A stretch of DNA of 63,214 bases, counting the filler, from Octopus bimaculoides (Eukaryota), in NCBI RefSeq assembly GCF_001194135.2. It is 4 parts of 4 records of this genome, joined end to end, with 100 filler letters (N's around TTAATTAATTAA, not from the genome) between each part and the next. Parts side by side here need not be neighbours in the genome. Positions count along the whole stretch, not along the records: positions 12,939 to 34,693 come from NC_068982.1; 3 more parts are not named here. One strand, 5' to 3'. The translations under genes were made by a program, and so were the position numbers. Shown piece by piece: positions 24,661 through 34,693 of this stretch. Each line of letters begins with the position of its first letter. Positions within the stretch are counted from its first letter, which is position 1. The notes below the pieces were generated by a model. The model ran no database searches. It was not told the DNA's origin and worked only from the letters and a program-made list of their open reading frames with translations.

Positions 24661-24938
24661 AATCCAATGGAAACAAATGTATCTGTCGCTGCAATAAAAC
24701 GCCTATCATACCTTCGGAGACAGAAGAACAACTTGAGAAACGTATGCAAGAAACGCGGAAAGAACTTACAGTTGAAAAGAAAGCAACTTCTCAATATTTA
24801 GCTACGAAAATCAGTGCCCCGGATGAGCGCACATCCTCCTAGACTATGGGTGTTGTAGCAATTTTTATGCTGTCTGTAGTTGGTGGATTAATCGTCATTC
24901 CAGACGTCTTATCTTTGATAAAAAAAAAACATTTCTGA
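24661..24938 (+). CDS. Terminal exon: CxCxC + helical juxtamembrane module, in-frame TAG at 24840-24842, then TM helix and short basic tail
   Basis: tttattttcccctccag| acceptor, phase 1: ESNGNKCICRCNKTPIIPSETEEQLEKRMQETRKELTVEKKATSQYLATKISAPDERTSS*TMGVVAIFMLSVVGGLIVIPDVLSLIKKKHF* (TGA 24936-24938). Confidence 0.85.
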
Positions 24939-26499
24939 ACGCTTCTAGTGTGGGGTTTTTTTTCAGTAGTATTTACTTTTATGATTTGATAATTTTTGCA
25001 CCGAATAGCTACGAAGTAAAGATATGATTAGATACCACCAATTTTTTTCCCCTACCATGCATAATATCCGTTAAATATTGCTAATATCGACTTGGATAAA
25101 TGCATGCAACCAAAATATGGATTTAATTAAATATTGGTTTATGGTACAGCACATGCACGCACACACAAAAGTCGATACTTGCACAAATGTAAGTATATAA
25201 CAGACTGCACACGTCGGCCTTTAAGTGCACCTTACTACATGAATTTGTAACTAATGCTGTTTTTTTTTTACTTTCAATTTTGACAACACTCTTCCTCTCG
25301 CTTTCGTTCGTAAAAAGATAATGATATTCCAAGTATTACTCTCCCAAGTAATCTAGCTTTATTATAGCCAAACTCTCCATATTTTCCATGTCTATTGTGA
25401 TAATCCCTAATCTACTGGAACGCGACCAATATTTCAATGATGGAAAGAGTAGTAAGAAACCATCTTCATCACTTTGGGTTACTTCCATACACTGTGACCA
25501 CCTGTACGATTTCCATAGAAACAGATCAAAGGCAAATCTTTCCTAATCATGAGCTCAGGCCCTTGAGAACTTTGGTGAAAACAATTTTCTTATATTGACC
25601 ATCTGCAATGCATTTCACTCTATGTGACACGTGATCCTATCAATGTTGCATGCCTATGGATTAAATACGCCTTTCATCTCTTGGGTCAGAATTTACCTTG
25701 TCAGACCGCGCCATCGTAACACGTGGCGGTAAGAATTTTTTTCAGCCAACGTACTTTTACTTTAGGCTTACTTCAAATATCGATTTATCTTTCCAACCTA
25801 CGACTTTCTGTAAGCAAAGAAGCCCTCACTATTATTTCTAAACACACACGCATACTCTCATCGTCATTCCACGTTAACTTTCCTCATACAGATGTCACAT
25901 ATATGTAAACTAGACAACTCACGTCAAACGTATTATACTTTTGTATACAGGGACCACAAAAATATCCTCCAATGATAACAATAATTCTTTCAACAGCACT
26001 AAGACACGATTGCAGCATATGTTATGAAATCAATACACTCGCCTTACGATTGCACAACATACATTCAAATGAAAATCTCTAACAATATTCCATGATGATA
26101 ATGTACACTCCCAATCAAGTTTCGGTCTCTTCTAGACGAAATCGTTTTTCAGACTTTATCAGCTGATAGCTCTCCCACCCTCACTCATCACTTAGTTCAT
26201 ATACGATCCGCACTAGACCACTGCTCATATATTTGATATAGTGCTATTAAATACAAATATGTTTTAAACTGCACACAAAAGATAAATGATTAGCAGTCAT
26301 ACGCATTAACTAATAATAGCCCTGAGGCAACGAACACACTGTTTCGGGGATTTTTGCCTCCTTTTTCAGACGACTACAACGATTTCTACGTCTTTCCAAT
26401 GAACAGGCTCATTGGATAACTTCCACGTTATCCGAGAGATGTGGCATTCGTGAATATGTAGAAGCGCGTAGTGTCGGTACAGCTATCGAACGTGGTGGC

Positions 26500-27200
26500 C
26501 TTAGTAAGAAACTCTGTGTCCAGGACGCGAATGGATTGTTAGTGGATCATATATCCGAAAAAGAAGCACACTCTAAAAGTTAGCGATGTCTGTACAACCA
26601 CAGGTCCTCTTTTAGGATTCCGGAAAGCTGTTACGTCACGCCTTGGCCAGTCATGTGCGGTGCCTTAAGGATAAAGGAACTCCATACGAAATTAAATGGA
26701 GGATCATTGAGCAGCCAGAGCCCTGTATAAACGGGAGTGGACGATGCCAGCTTTGCATAGCAGAGCAAGCAATGATCCCTAACGATTTACTGAAACCGAG
26801 ATATATCTTAAACGCAAGACGTGACATCTGTAAATCACGCCTCTATTTCAAACGCTACCTGCTGCAGGCTTGGGATTCCCCGTTCGTCGATTAGAGCTGT
26901 AAAAATTACTTGCAGACCGGAACCAGCATAAGAGCGGAGATTCCCTGTTGACCCTTTAGGTCCATAAGATTTGCCAACCAGACAGGTCTCAGAGAGATAA
27001 CTCGTCCCGTTTAAAGCTCAAAATTCTTTTGTTTATAAATTAAATGACCGCAACGGTTTTCTATCTCCAGTTTGAAGAGAGGTTATATGCCTTCGGCCAT
27101 TAGAGTCTGACAATTCGTTTATAAATCTAAGCGCTTTATGGATGCGAAATCATTGATCACTCTACGACTAGACATATCTTTAACTCCATGTAAATGTGGT
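26500..27200 (+). mobile_element. Penelope-like element: GIY-YIG C-terminal part and 3' tail
   Basis: YNHRSSFR..(frameshift)LASHVRCLKDKGTPYEIKWRII..GSGRCQLCIAE..ILNARRDICKSR matches the PLE endonuclease C-terminus; hammerhead fold in the tail. Confidence 0.8.
27101..27164 (+). ncRNA. Type I hammerhead ribozyme fold, decayed (G8 to A)
   Basis: Stem I TAGAGT/ACTCTA, core CTGACAA, 10-bp stem II with G.U pairs, GAAA, stem III ATC-ATT-GAT, triplet AUC. Confidence 0.65.
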
Positions 27201-27802
27201 TTTCGTCACTGTTTACAGTTTTGTTCCATTTGTTTTCAAAATTGGTATCCTGATTAAGTTTTGTTTACTAATTATGAAAACGAAATTCATTTTTCCTATA
27301 AAGCCATAATTAAAAAGTTGTTAGTCTTTAGAATTTGCAAAATTTGGGTATTTTAGCCAATCAGAAGCAAGTATTTTACATATCACCATGGAGGAAATTT
27401 GTATTTCCATTGTAACGAAAGCAAGTAAACACCACGTGTTGCATAGCTGATTGCGAAGAACTGTTTCCATAGTGACCAAAGATGCTGCGCTTGTGTACAA
27501 GGAGGAGAAGGTGGTACGAGAAAGATAATTTATTTTATAAAATCCGAGTTTAATGTTTTGATATGCCGATGTCCCCCTCCTCCCTGATGATGGAATAGGC
27601 AGCGAAACATGTTGCTTTCTGATTGGCTGAAATTCTGAAATTGAATACCTGTGAAATTTTTGCAAAATTTTTCTAGAATAAATGAAAAAATTCGGATTCA
27701 GCGTCAAAAATTACATATGATACATTAAATCCTATATTTTTTTTTTTTTTTTTTGTGTGGGGAGATAATTGTAAACAGTGACGAAAACCACAAAGGTCCA
27801 TA

Positions 27803-27882
27803 CGAGTGGCTTCTTTCATTTTCCGTCTACCAAATCCGCTTTAGTCAGCCAGGGTCTATAACACAAGACATTTACCGGATCT
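27803..27882 (-). mobile_element. SINE family C fragment
   Basis: GCTTCTTTCATTTTCCGTCTACCAAATCC matches the family C centre; truncated by gap. Confidence 0.6.
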
Positions 27883-28238
27883 NNNNNNNNNNNNNNNNNN
27901 NNNNNNNNNNNNNNNNNNNNNNNNNNNNNNNNNNNNNNNNNNNNNNNNNNNNNNNNNNNNNNNNNNNNNNNNNNNNNNNNNNNNNNNNNNNNNNNNNNNN
28001 NNNNNNNNNNNNNNNNNNNNNNNNNNNNNNNNNNNNNNNNNNNNNNNNNNNNNNNNNNNNNNNNNNNNNNNNNNNNNNNNNNNNNNNNNNNNNNNNNNNN
28101 NNNNNNNNNNNNNNNNNNNNNNNNNNNNNNNNNNNNNNNNNNNNNNNNNNNNNNNNNNNNNNNNNNNNNNNNNNNNNNNNNNNNNNNNNNNNNNNNNNNN
28201 NNNNNNNNNNNNNNNNNNNNNNNNNNNNNNAATTTGCT

Positions 28239-28297
28239 TTAACCCTAACCCTAACCCTAACCCTAAACCCTAGGGTTAGGGTTAGGGTTAGGGTTAA
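28239..28297. repeat. Interstitial telomeric palindrome (CCCTAA)n-(TTAGGG)n
   Basis: TTAACCCTAACCCTAACCCTAACCCTAAACCCTAGGGTTAGGGTTAGGGTTAGGGTTAA, centre CCCTAGGG at 28268-28275. Confidence 0.95.
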
Positions 28298-30138
28298 TTG
28301 TTTCAGAATCGTTTGTTTATGTAGTCGGCGCTTAATGTATATCGGCTGAATGGACGTCAGTGATTGGTTGAAATTACAGAAATACGACAACTTTAACATG
28401 GAATAACTTATGGATTTCTTTTTTTTTTAAAGAAGACTAAGAGAAAAAGATGTTTTATATGACACATTCTACCAGTGTTCCAAGTTTCAAAGTGTTTCGT
28501 TAATGAAAAATGTGGCCCCCGTTTTAAAAAAGATCCCATTTACCCAATGTGGTATGCAATAGTTAGGAAGCAAACCTCTTACCGCACAGCCATGCCTACA
28601 AATACACGTGTGTGTGTATGTGTGTGCGTGCGCGCTTCAAGATTAGTTGATTGAGCGATTGAAAGTCAGTGAGTCAACAGCCATCATCGTACACTTAATC
28701 TGGATAAGTCCGTGTTCCAATTTTTTTGAGACACCAACACATGTTGTAGGTCATTACTAATATTTGTTTAATTCGATTAAACTAATTTATTATGTGCAGC
28801 TGTTCGTATCGAAGGAACATATTCTAAAATAACAAATGTCACCCAAAAGCAGTAAGCTTCCTTGTAAACATCGTCTTCTTTTATATAAACTGGAGGTGTG
28901 AATGTGTTAGTAAATTTTCCTATCCATATATGTAAGTCTCTGTGTGTGTGTGCGCGCGCGCGTGCTTGCGTTCGTGCATGCATGTGCGTGTGTGTATGCA
29001 CGTGTACGTATGAGTGTGCGTGTAAGCAAATAACAACACTATTATCAAGATATTTTGTTTAATTTTGATGGAATATGAAGAGCCATAAAGTAGAAATGCA
29101 TCAAGGAGAGTATACAATAAAACTACACCCATATATACTGAATTTGTTGGCTACTGAGTTGCTATAAATATCTCATATTTACAGGGATTTGATTCGTTTC
29201 AGGGCATTGTTTCGCTTGTGTACTTTCGCACGAATTGATTTTTTAATTTTTTTTTTTTATTTTGCATTAACTGCCACAATATCGACTTTTCATTACAAAT
29301 AGCCTGGCAGAAAATACATGTCTCACACANNNNNNNNNNNNNNNNNNNNNNNNNNNNNNNNNNNNNNNNNNNNNNNNNNNNNNNNNNNNNNNNNNNNNNN
29401 NNNNNNNNNNNNNNNNNNNNNNNNNNNNNNNNNNNNNNNNNNNNNNNNNNNNNNNNNNNNNNNNNNNNNNNNNNNNNNNNNNNNNNNNNNNNNNNNNNNN
29501 NNNNNNNNNNNNNNNNNNNNNNNNNNNNNNNNNNNNNNNNNNNNNNNNNNNNNNNNNNNNNNNNNNNNNNNNNNNNNNNNNNNNNNNNNNNNNNNNNNNN
29601 NNNNNNNNNNNNNNNNNNNNNNNNNNNNNNNNNNNNNNNNNNNNNNNNNNNNNNNNNNNNNNNNNNNNNNNNNNNNNNNNNNNNNNNNNNNNNNNNNNNN
29701 NNNNNNNNNNNNNNNNNNNNNNNNNNNNNNNNNNNNNNNNNNNNNNNNNNNNNNNNNNNNNNNNNNNNNNNNNNNNNNNNNNNNNNNNNNNNNNNNNNNN
29801 NNNNNNNNNNNNNNNNNNNNNNNNNNNNNNNNNNNNNNNNNNNNNNNNNNNNNNNNNNNNNNNNNNNNNNNNNNNNNNNNNNNNNNNNNNNNNNNNNNNN
29901 NNNNNNNNNNNNNNNNNNNNNNNNNNNNNNNNNNNNNNNNNNNNNNNNNNNNNNNNNNNNNNNNNNNNNNNNNNNNNNNNNNNNNNNNNNNNNNNNNNNN
30001 NNNNNNNNNNTGACGCTGCTTCTAAGTTATGTGTTATACGTGCAGCTTCTCTTTTTTCCCCCTTTCTTTTTATTTTATTTTATTTTATTTTATTTTATTT
30101 TATTTTTTTGCCCTTCTTTTTTTTGTTGTAAACAATAT

Positions 30139-30650
30139 ATGAGCATATATAAAACTGAGAATATCTGTCCGTCTGTATGTGTGCATCACTAAATCTCGAG
30201 AACTACCCAACCGATTTCATTCAAATTTTACACATGCACTTTTCTACTTCTTGCCTAATGCGAGCTCGGAGCAAACTCTTAGACTGTTTCGGTATTACGT
30301 ATCAAAAGTGAAACAATAACATCTCTATTGTTATATGATATAATACTTTTACTTTTAGAAGGTTTCACTATGTATATAATATATACATAGTGAAAGTATT
30401 AAAAGTGAAACTATTATCATACCCTATATATATATTATGTGTTTATGTATATATCTATAATATAAATTGAAGTTGGTCGATCGCTGCATTCTTTCTTATC
30501 TTGAGGTTCACGGCCAAACGGCTGGGTGGATTCTCGTGAAAAATGGCACACGTGTGGAGACAGATGCATAGATTGGAACGCGCTTTCTATTTTTTCATAA
30601 CCCCCATACTTACAGAGAAAATCGATTAAAACAACCTGCGTGCGTACGTG
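30139..30650 (+). mobile_element. Two tandem Helitron-like non-autonomous 5' ends
   Basis: ATATATAAAACTGAGAATATCTGTCCGTCTGTATGTG..AACTACCCAACCGATTTCATTCAAATTTTACAC and TCTATAATATAAATTG..AACGGCTGGGTGGATTCTCGTGAAAAATGGCACAC resemble invertebrate Helitron 5' ends. Confidence 0.55.
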
Positions 30651-30667
30651 CGTGTATATGAGTGTGT

Positions 30668-32020
30668 GAGCCTACGCTCTTCCACAGAAAAGAACATAGA
30701 AAGAAACAAAGAGAGAAACAAGGTGAGAAAAAATTGTGTGTAGTGGTTAGCGATTATCATGGCGAATACCGGACAGAAGGGTCACACAGGAGAGCTAAGA
30801 AGAAGGGAGATAACAAAGTGGTAGTGATCCCNNNNNNNNNNNNNNNNNNNNNNNNNNNNNNNNNNNNNNNNNNNNNNNNNNNNNNNNNNNNNNNNNNNNN
30901 NNNNNNNNNNNNNNNNNNNNNNNNNNNNNNNNNNNNNNNNNNNNNNNNNNNNNNNNNNNNNNNNNNNNNNNNNNNNNNNNNNNNNNNNNNNNNNNNNNNN
31001 NNNNNNNNNNNNNNNNNNNNNNNNNNNNNNNNNNNNNNNNNNNNNNNNNNNNNNNNNNNNNNNNNNNNNNNNNNNNNNNNNNNNNNNNNNNNNNNNNNNN
31101 NNNNNNNNNNNNNNNNNNNNNNNNNNNNNNNNNNNNNNNNNNNNNNNNNNNNNNNNNNNNNNNNNNNNNNNNNNNNNNNNNNNNNNNNNNNNNNNNNNNN
31201 NNNNNNNNNNNNNNNNNNNNNNNNNNNNNNNNNNNNNNNNNNNNNNNNNNNNNNNNNNNNNNNNNNNNNNNNNNNNNNNNNNNNNNNNNNNNNNNNNNNN
31301 NNNNNNNNNNNNNNNNNNNNNNNNNNNNNNNNNNNNNNNNNNNNNNNNNNNNNNNNNNNNNNNNNNNNNNNNNNNNNNNNNNNNNNNNNNNNNNNNNNNN
31401 NNNNNNNNNNNNNNNNNNNNNNNNNNNNNNNNNNNNNNNNNNNNNNNNNNNNNNNNNNNNNNNNNNNNNNNNNNNNNNNNNNNNNNNNNNNNNNNNNNNN
31501 NNNNNNNNNNNNNNNNNNNNNNNNNNNNNNNNNNNNNNNNNNNNNNNNNNNNNNNNNNNNNNNNNNNNNNNNNNNNNNNNNNNNNNNNNNNNNNNNNNNN
31601 NNNNNNNNNNNNNNNNNNNNNNNNNNNNNNNNNNNNNNNNNNNNNNNNNNNNNNNNNNNNNNNNNNNNNNNNNNNNNNNNNNNNNNNNNNNNNNNNNNGA
31701 GGAGGTTAGACAAAGAGGGGAGGAGAGTTGATCCCATGTGGCGCAAAGGAGCGAAAAGAGAAGATTAATCCCTGTTCACGGCGCAAACGGGAGTCCGGAT
31801 AGCCTCTGTGCAAGGACAATCCGAACACAGACAGGTGTTGCAAAGAGTGACCGGTAGAGCGGAAATGGCGTGAGACCGAGGTGTCATTGCCGAGGTGGAT
31901 GTCTCGGAGGTGTTCCGCGAACCGGTCAGCCAAGCAGCGTCTCGCTTGTCCGATATACAGAGAATGACAGAGAGAGCAGGAGATGCAATAGATGATATTG
32001 GTAAAAGTGCAGGTGAAACC
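30668..32020 (-). mobile_element. Penelope-like element: GIY-YIG endonuclease and pyrimidine-rich tail (spans gap)
   Basis: FTCTFTNIIYCISCSLCHSLYIGQARRCLADRFAEHLRDI..VSRHF..RREQGLIFSFRSFAPHGIN (31706-32020); tail ends in a truncated hammerhead-like hairpin at 30668-30687. Confidence 0.85.
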
Positions 32021-32663
32021 TTGTAGCCTGAAATAGTTTTCTCCTCCTTGAAAATGAATGAATGGTCTGGCAATTTTTTCCAATACAATCCAGTTTCGTC
32101 TACGTTAAAAATCTGTTCGGGAAGAAACCCGTTTCTTCGATGATTTTCTTTAATGCGTTAGAAAATTCTGCTGCTGCTTGTTCGTCAGCTGATGCACTTT
32201 CACCTTGCTTCTTAATAGAGTGATAACTTCTTCGCTCCTTAAATCTCATGAACTATCCTCGACTTGCCTTGAACTCTACATCTTTCTCACCTGGATATTT
32301 TTTCTTCGGGTCCTCAAACAAAGACAATGCTTTCTCTTGAATGATTTCTTGACTAATAGTGGCACGCTGACGATTCAACCTAACAATCCAAAGCGAAAGA
32401 AGACTTTCCATCTCTTCAAAGATTTTGTTTCTCTTCTTATTTATGACATTGTTCTTCATCCCTGAGGTTTCAGATTTGATATGTGCTAAAATCTTGTCCT
32501 TATTATGTACAATCGTCGATACAGTTGTCCGACTCACCCCAAAAGATCGTGCAATTGGGACCACTTTTTCACCTTTTTCATGGTGTTTTATCACAGCCAG
32601 TTTATCTTCCAGCGTTATAGTATGACACTTAGCACTTTCACTATGAATTTTCTTAGGAGCCAT
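32020..32663 (-). pseudogene. Tigger/pogo transposase N-terminal half (CENP-B-type HTH, Tc5 HTH, start of DDE)
   Basis: MAPKK..ITLEDKLAVIKHHEKGEKVVPIARSFGVSRTTVSTIV..EEMESLLSLWI..IIQEKALSLF..FKASRG*(TGG to TAG)FMRFK..; after one frameshift, FNVDETGLYWKKLPDHSFIFKEEK. Confidence 0.92.
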
Positions 32664-33319
32664 GGGGACAAAAAATAAAGTCACGAATGAATGAGAATGA
32701 GAAAGTAGCTGATAAACAGACGTAAACAAATCTAAATTCAAAACAATTGCGGAAATCACGAGTGACAACGACGCCTAACGGTAGATATTGGAACTACAGT
32801 GCAATATGAGCTCCGAAAGACCGATAAATAAGACAACACAGCTGATTTCCTGACTTCGTTCACTAAGCTACACTACTTTATGGTGTATATCTTAACATGT
32901 ACTGTACGTATTTTAATATGATTTAATACGCTTTTATTCTTATTTATTGTACAGTAACATGAAAAAGATCTAAATAGAAACCATTGACAAAATAGAAAAT
33001 AGTTTTGCTGTATTGTATTGTGCGTTAGTTGTTGCTTTTTCCATTTCCGTTTTATTACTGTAACTGTCGAGAAATATCTAAATGTCACACAGTCTACTTT
33101 TCCTATGTCTAAATAAATAAATGATTCATTGTGCTTATATAAGAAATATAATTTCAAAATATCAGATATTTACTTGGTGTAAGTGAATCGTCAATGATGG
33201 TCATTTGCTTCGCTAATACACACACACACACACACATATATCTATATGTATATATATATTTATATACACATATAGATATATCCACATATATATATATATA
33301 TATATGTGTATATATACTG

Positions 33320-34290
33320 TCGGTAGCTATGCCGATGATACAAAATTATCACAGGCAATAAAAAACCAAGAGGATGTCATAAGCTTACAGCGGGACCTAA
33401 ACTCAATATACATGCAGTTTAATGCTGGAAATTTTCAAGCACTGCACCATCAACTCACAAATATAGTACAATCTACATTTACAGGACCCGAGGGCACTAC
33501 AATCCTAGAGTCACAGGCAGTGAAAGACTTGGAGATCAGCATGTGCAATGACGCATCATTTCATATGCACATAAGCAAGATGGCAGCCAAGTGCAGACAA
33601 CTGGAAGGATGGATACTGAGGTCCTTCAAGACAAGAGACCAAGAAACTATGTTGACCTTGTGGAGAACCTTTGTTCTCAGCCGCCTGGACTACTGCTCCC
33701 AGTTATTGTCACCACATAGTGCCAAACTCACAGCGGAGCTTGAAGCAGTCCAACGCCACTACACTAAAAAGATTGAAACAGTGCAGCGGATAAGCTACGA
33801 GGATAGACTGAGAAAACTAAGCTTTACTCCCTGGAGCGAAGGCGTGAGAGATATGCAATAATATACATAGGGAAAATCCTAGAAGGGCTAGCACCTAACT
33901 TTGGCATTGAGTGAATACAAATGCGAGAACTGACCGCCATTGTATTGTAACAAAGGTATCATCCACTTCATCTAAATTATGGACCAGGATTCAAAGGCCC
34001 ACAGTTCTTCAATGCCCTGCTACAAAAATTTAAAAAATTGCCTAAGGTGCAAGTAGATGTCTTCAAAAAGGAACTAGGCATCCTCCTCTCCACAATACCG
34101 AATGAACTCGACATGAGGTACAAACGAGGGCAGCGGAATAAACCTCCATTATACACCAAATGTACCAACAGCTGGGATAAAGGTACATAGAGGAGTGGTG
34201 ATGTGAAACACCCAGACTGAGAAAGTCAAAAAGAACATGGTGGTGCTCCAGCATGACCACGGCCTCATGGTTGAAAGGAGTAAAAGAGTA
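33320..34290 (+). mobile_element. CR1-clade LINE, 5'-truncated RT C-terminal half with 3' tail
   Basis: YADDTK..LQRDL..ILRSFKTRD..LSRLDYCSQ..LEAVQR..YEDRLRKL; downstream stops and frameshifts; structured tail 34239-34290. Confidence 0.92.
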
Positions 34291-34369
34291 TATATATATC
34301 CATATATACATATATATATCCATATATATCCACACATATATATACATATACATATATNNNNNNNNNNAA

Positions 34370-34619
34370 TAATTCAATAATGAAGAATGTAATTCATACT
34401 CTCTAGAAAATAAATATCATAAAAACCTTATTCTAAAATCAATAAAGTACATAAAAGAATAACTAGTAAATGGTATCAAAATGACTACGCGCGTTTCGGG
34501 GCTATATTTTCAAATACATAACTAATAAAACCAATTCGATCAATAATTCGATTAATAATCAAATCGATCTACAATTAAATCTATTCAAAAATATAGTCAC
34601 TCGTCAGGTCTAAAATAAA

Positions 34620-34620
<1 letters not shown>
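34370..34620 (-). mobile_element. Probable solo Penelope-like terminal fragment containing a hammerhead
   Basis: AT-rich segment with the minimal hammerhead, bounded by (TAA)n and a gap; no ORF. Confidence 0.5.
34483..34610 (-). ncRNA. Minimal type I hammerhead ribozyme fold with long stem II
   Basis: Minus strand GAC-CTGACGA-GTGACTATATTTT...AAAATATAGCCCC-GAAA-CGCGCGT-A-GTC; perfect core, palindromic stem III ACGCGCGT, triplet GUA. Confidence 0.7.

Positions 34621-34693
<73 letters not shown>

Noticed and set aside
25400-25700. Possible LINE AP-endonuclease remnant on the minus strand (LMIRKDLP; VVTVYGSN)
   Set aside because: Only short weak motifs in different frames with many stops; cannot be supported without an HMM search.
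26105-26175. Minus-strand CTGATAA-AGTCT..AGACC-GAAA hammerhead-like relic
   Set aside because: Core G8 is mutated and neither stem I nor stem III pairs; too eroded to claim.
27584-27612. CTGATGA..GAAA-CATGT hammerhead-like boxes
   Set aside because: Stems I and II do not pair, and the segment abuts the inverted AGCCAATCAGAA repeat of a probable DNA element.
28239-28297. Chromosome end-to-end fusion scar
   Set aside because: Repeat order is (CCCTAA)n-(TTAGGG)n, opposite to a fusion junction, and there is no subtelomeric context.
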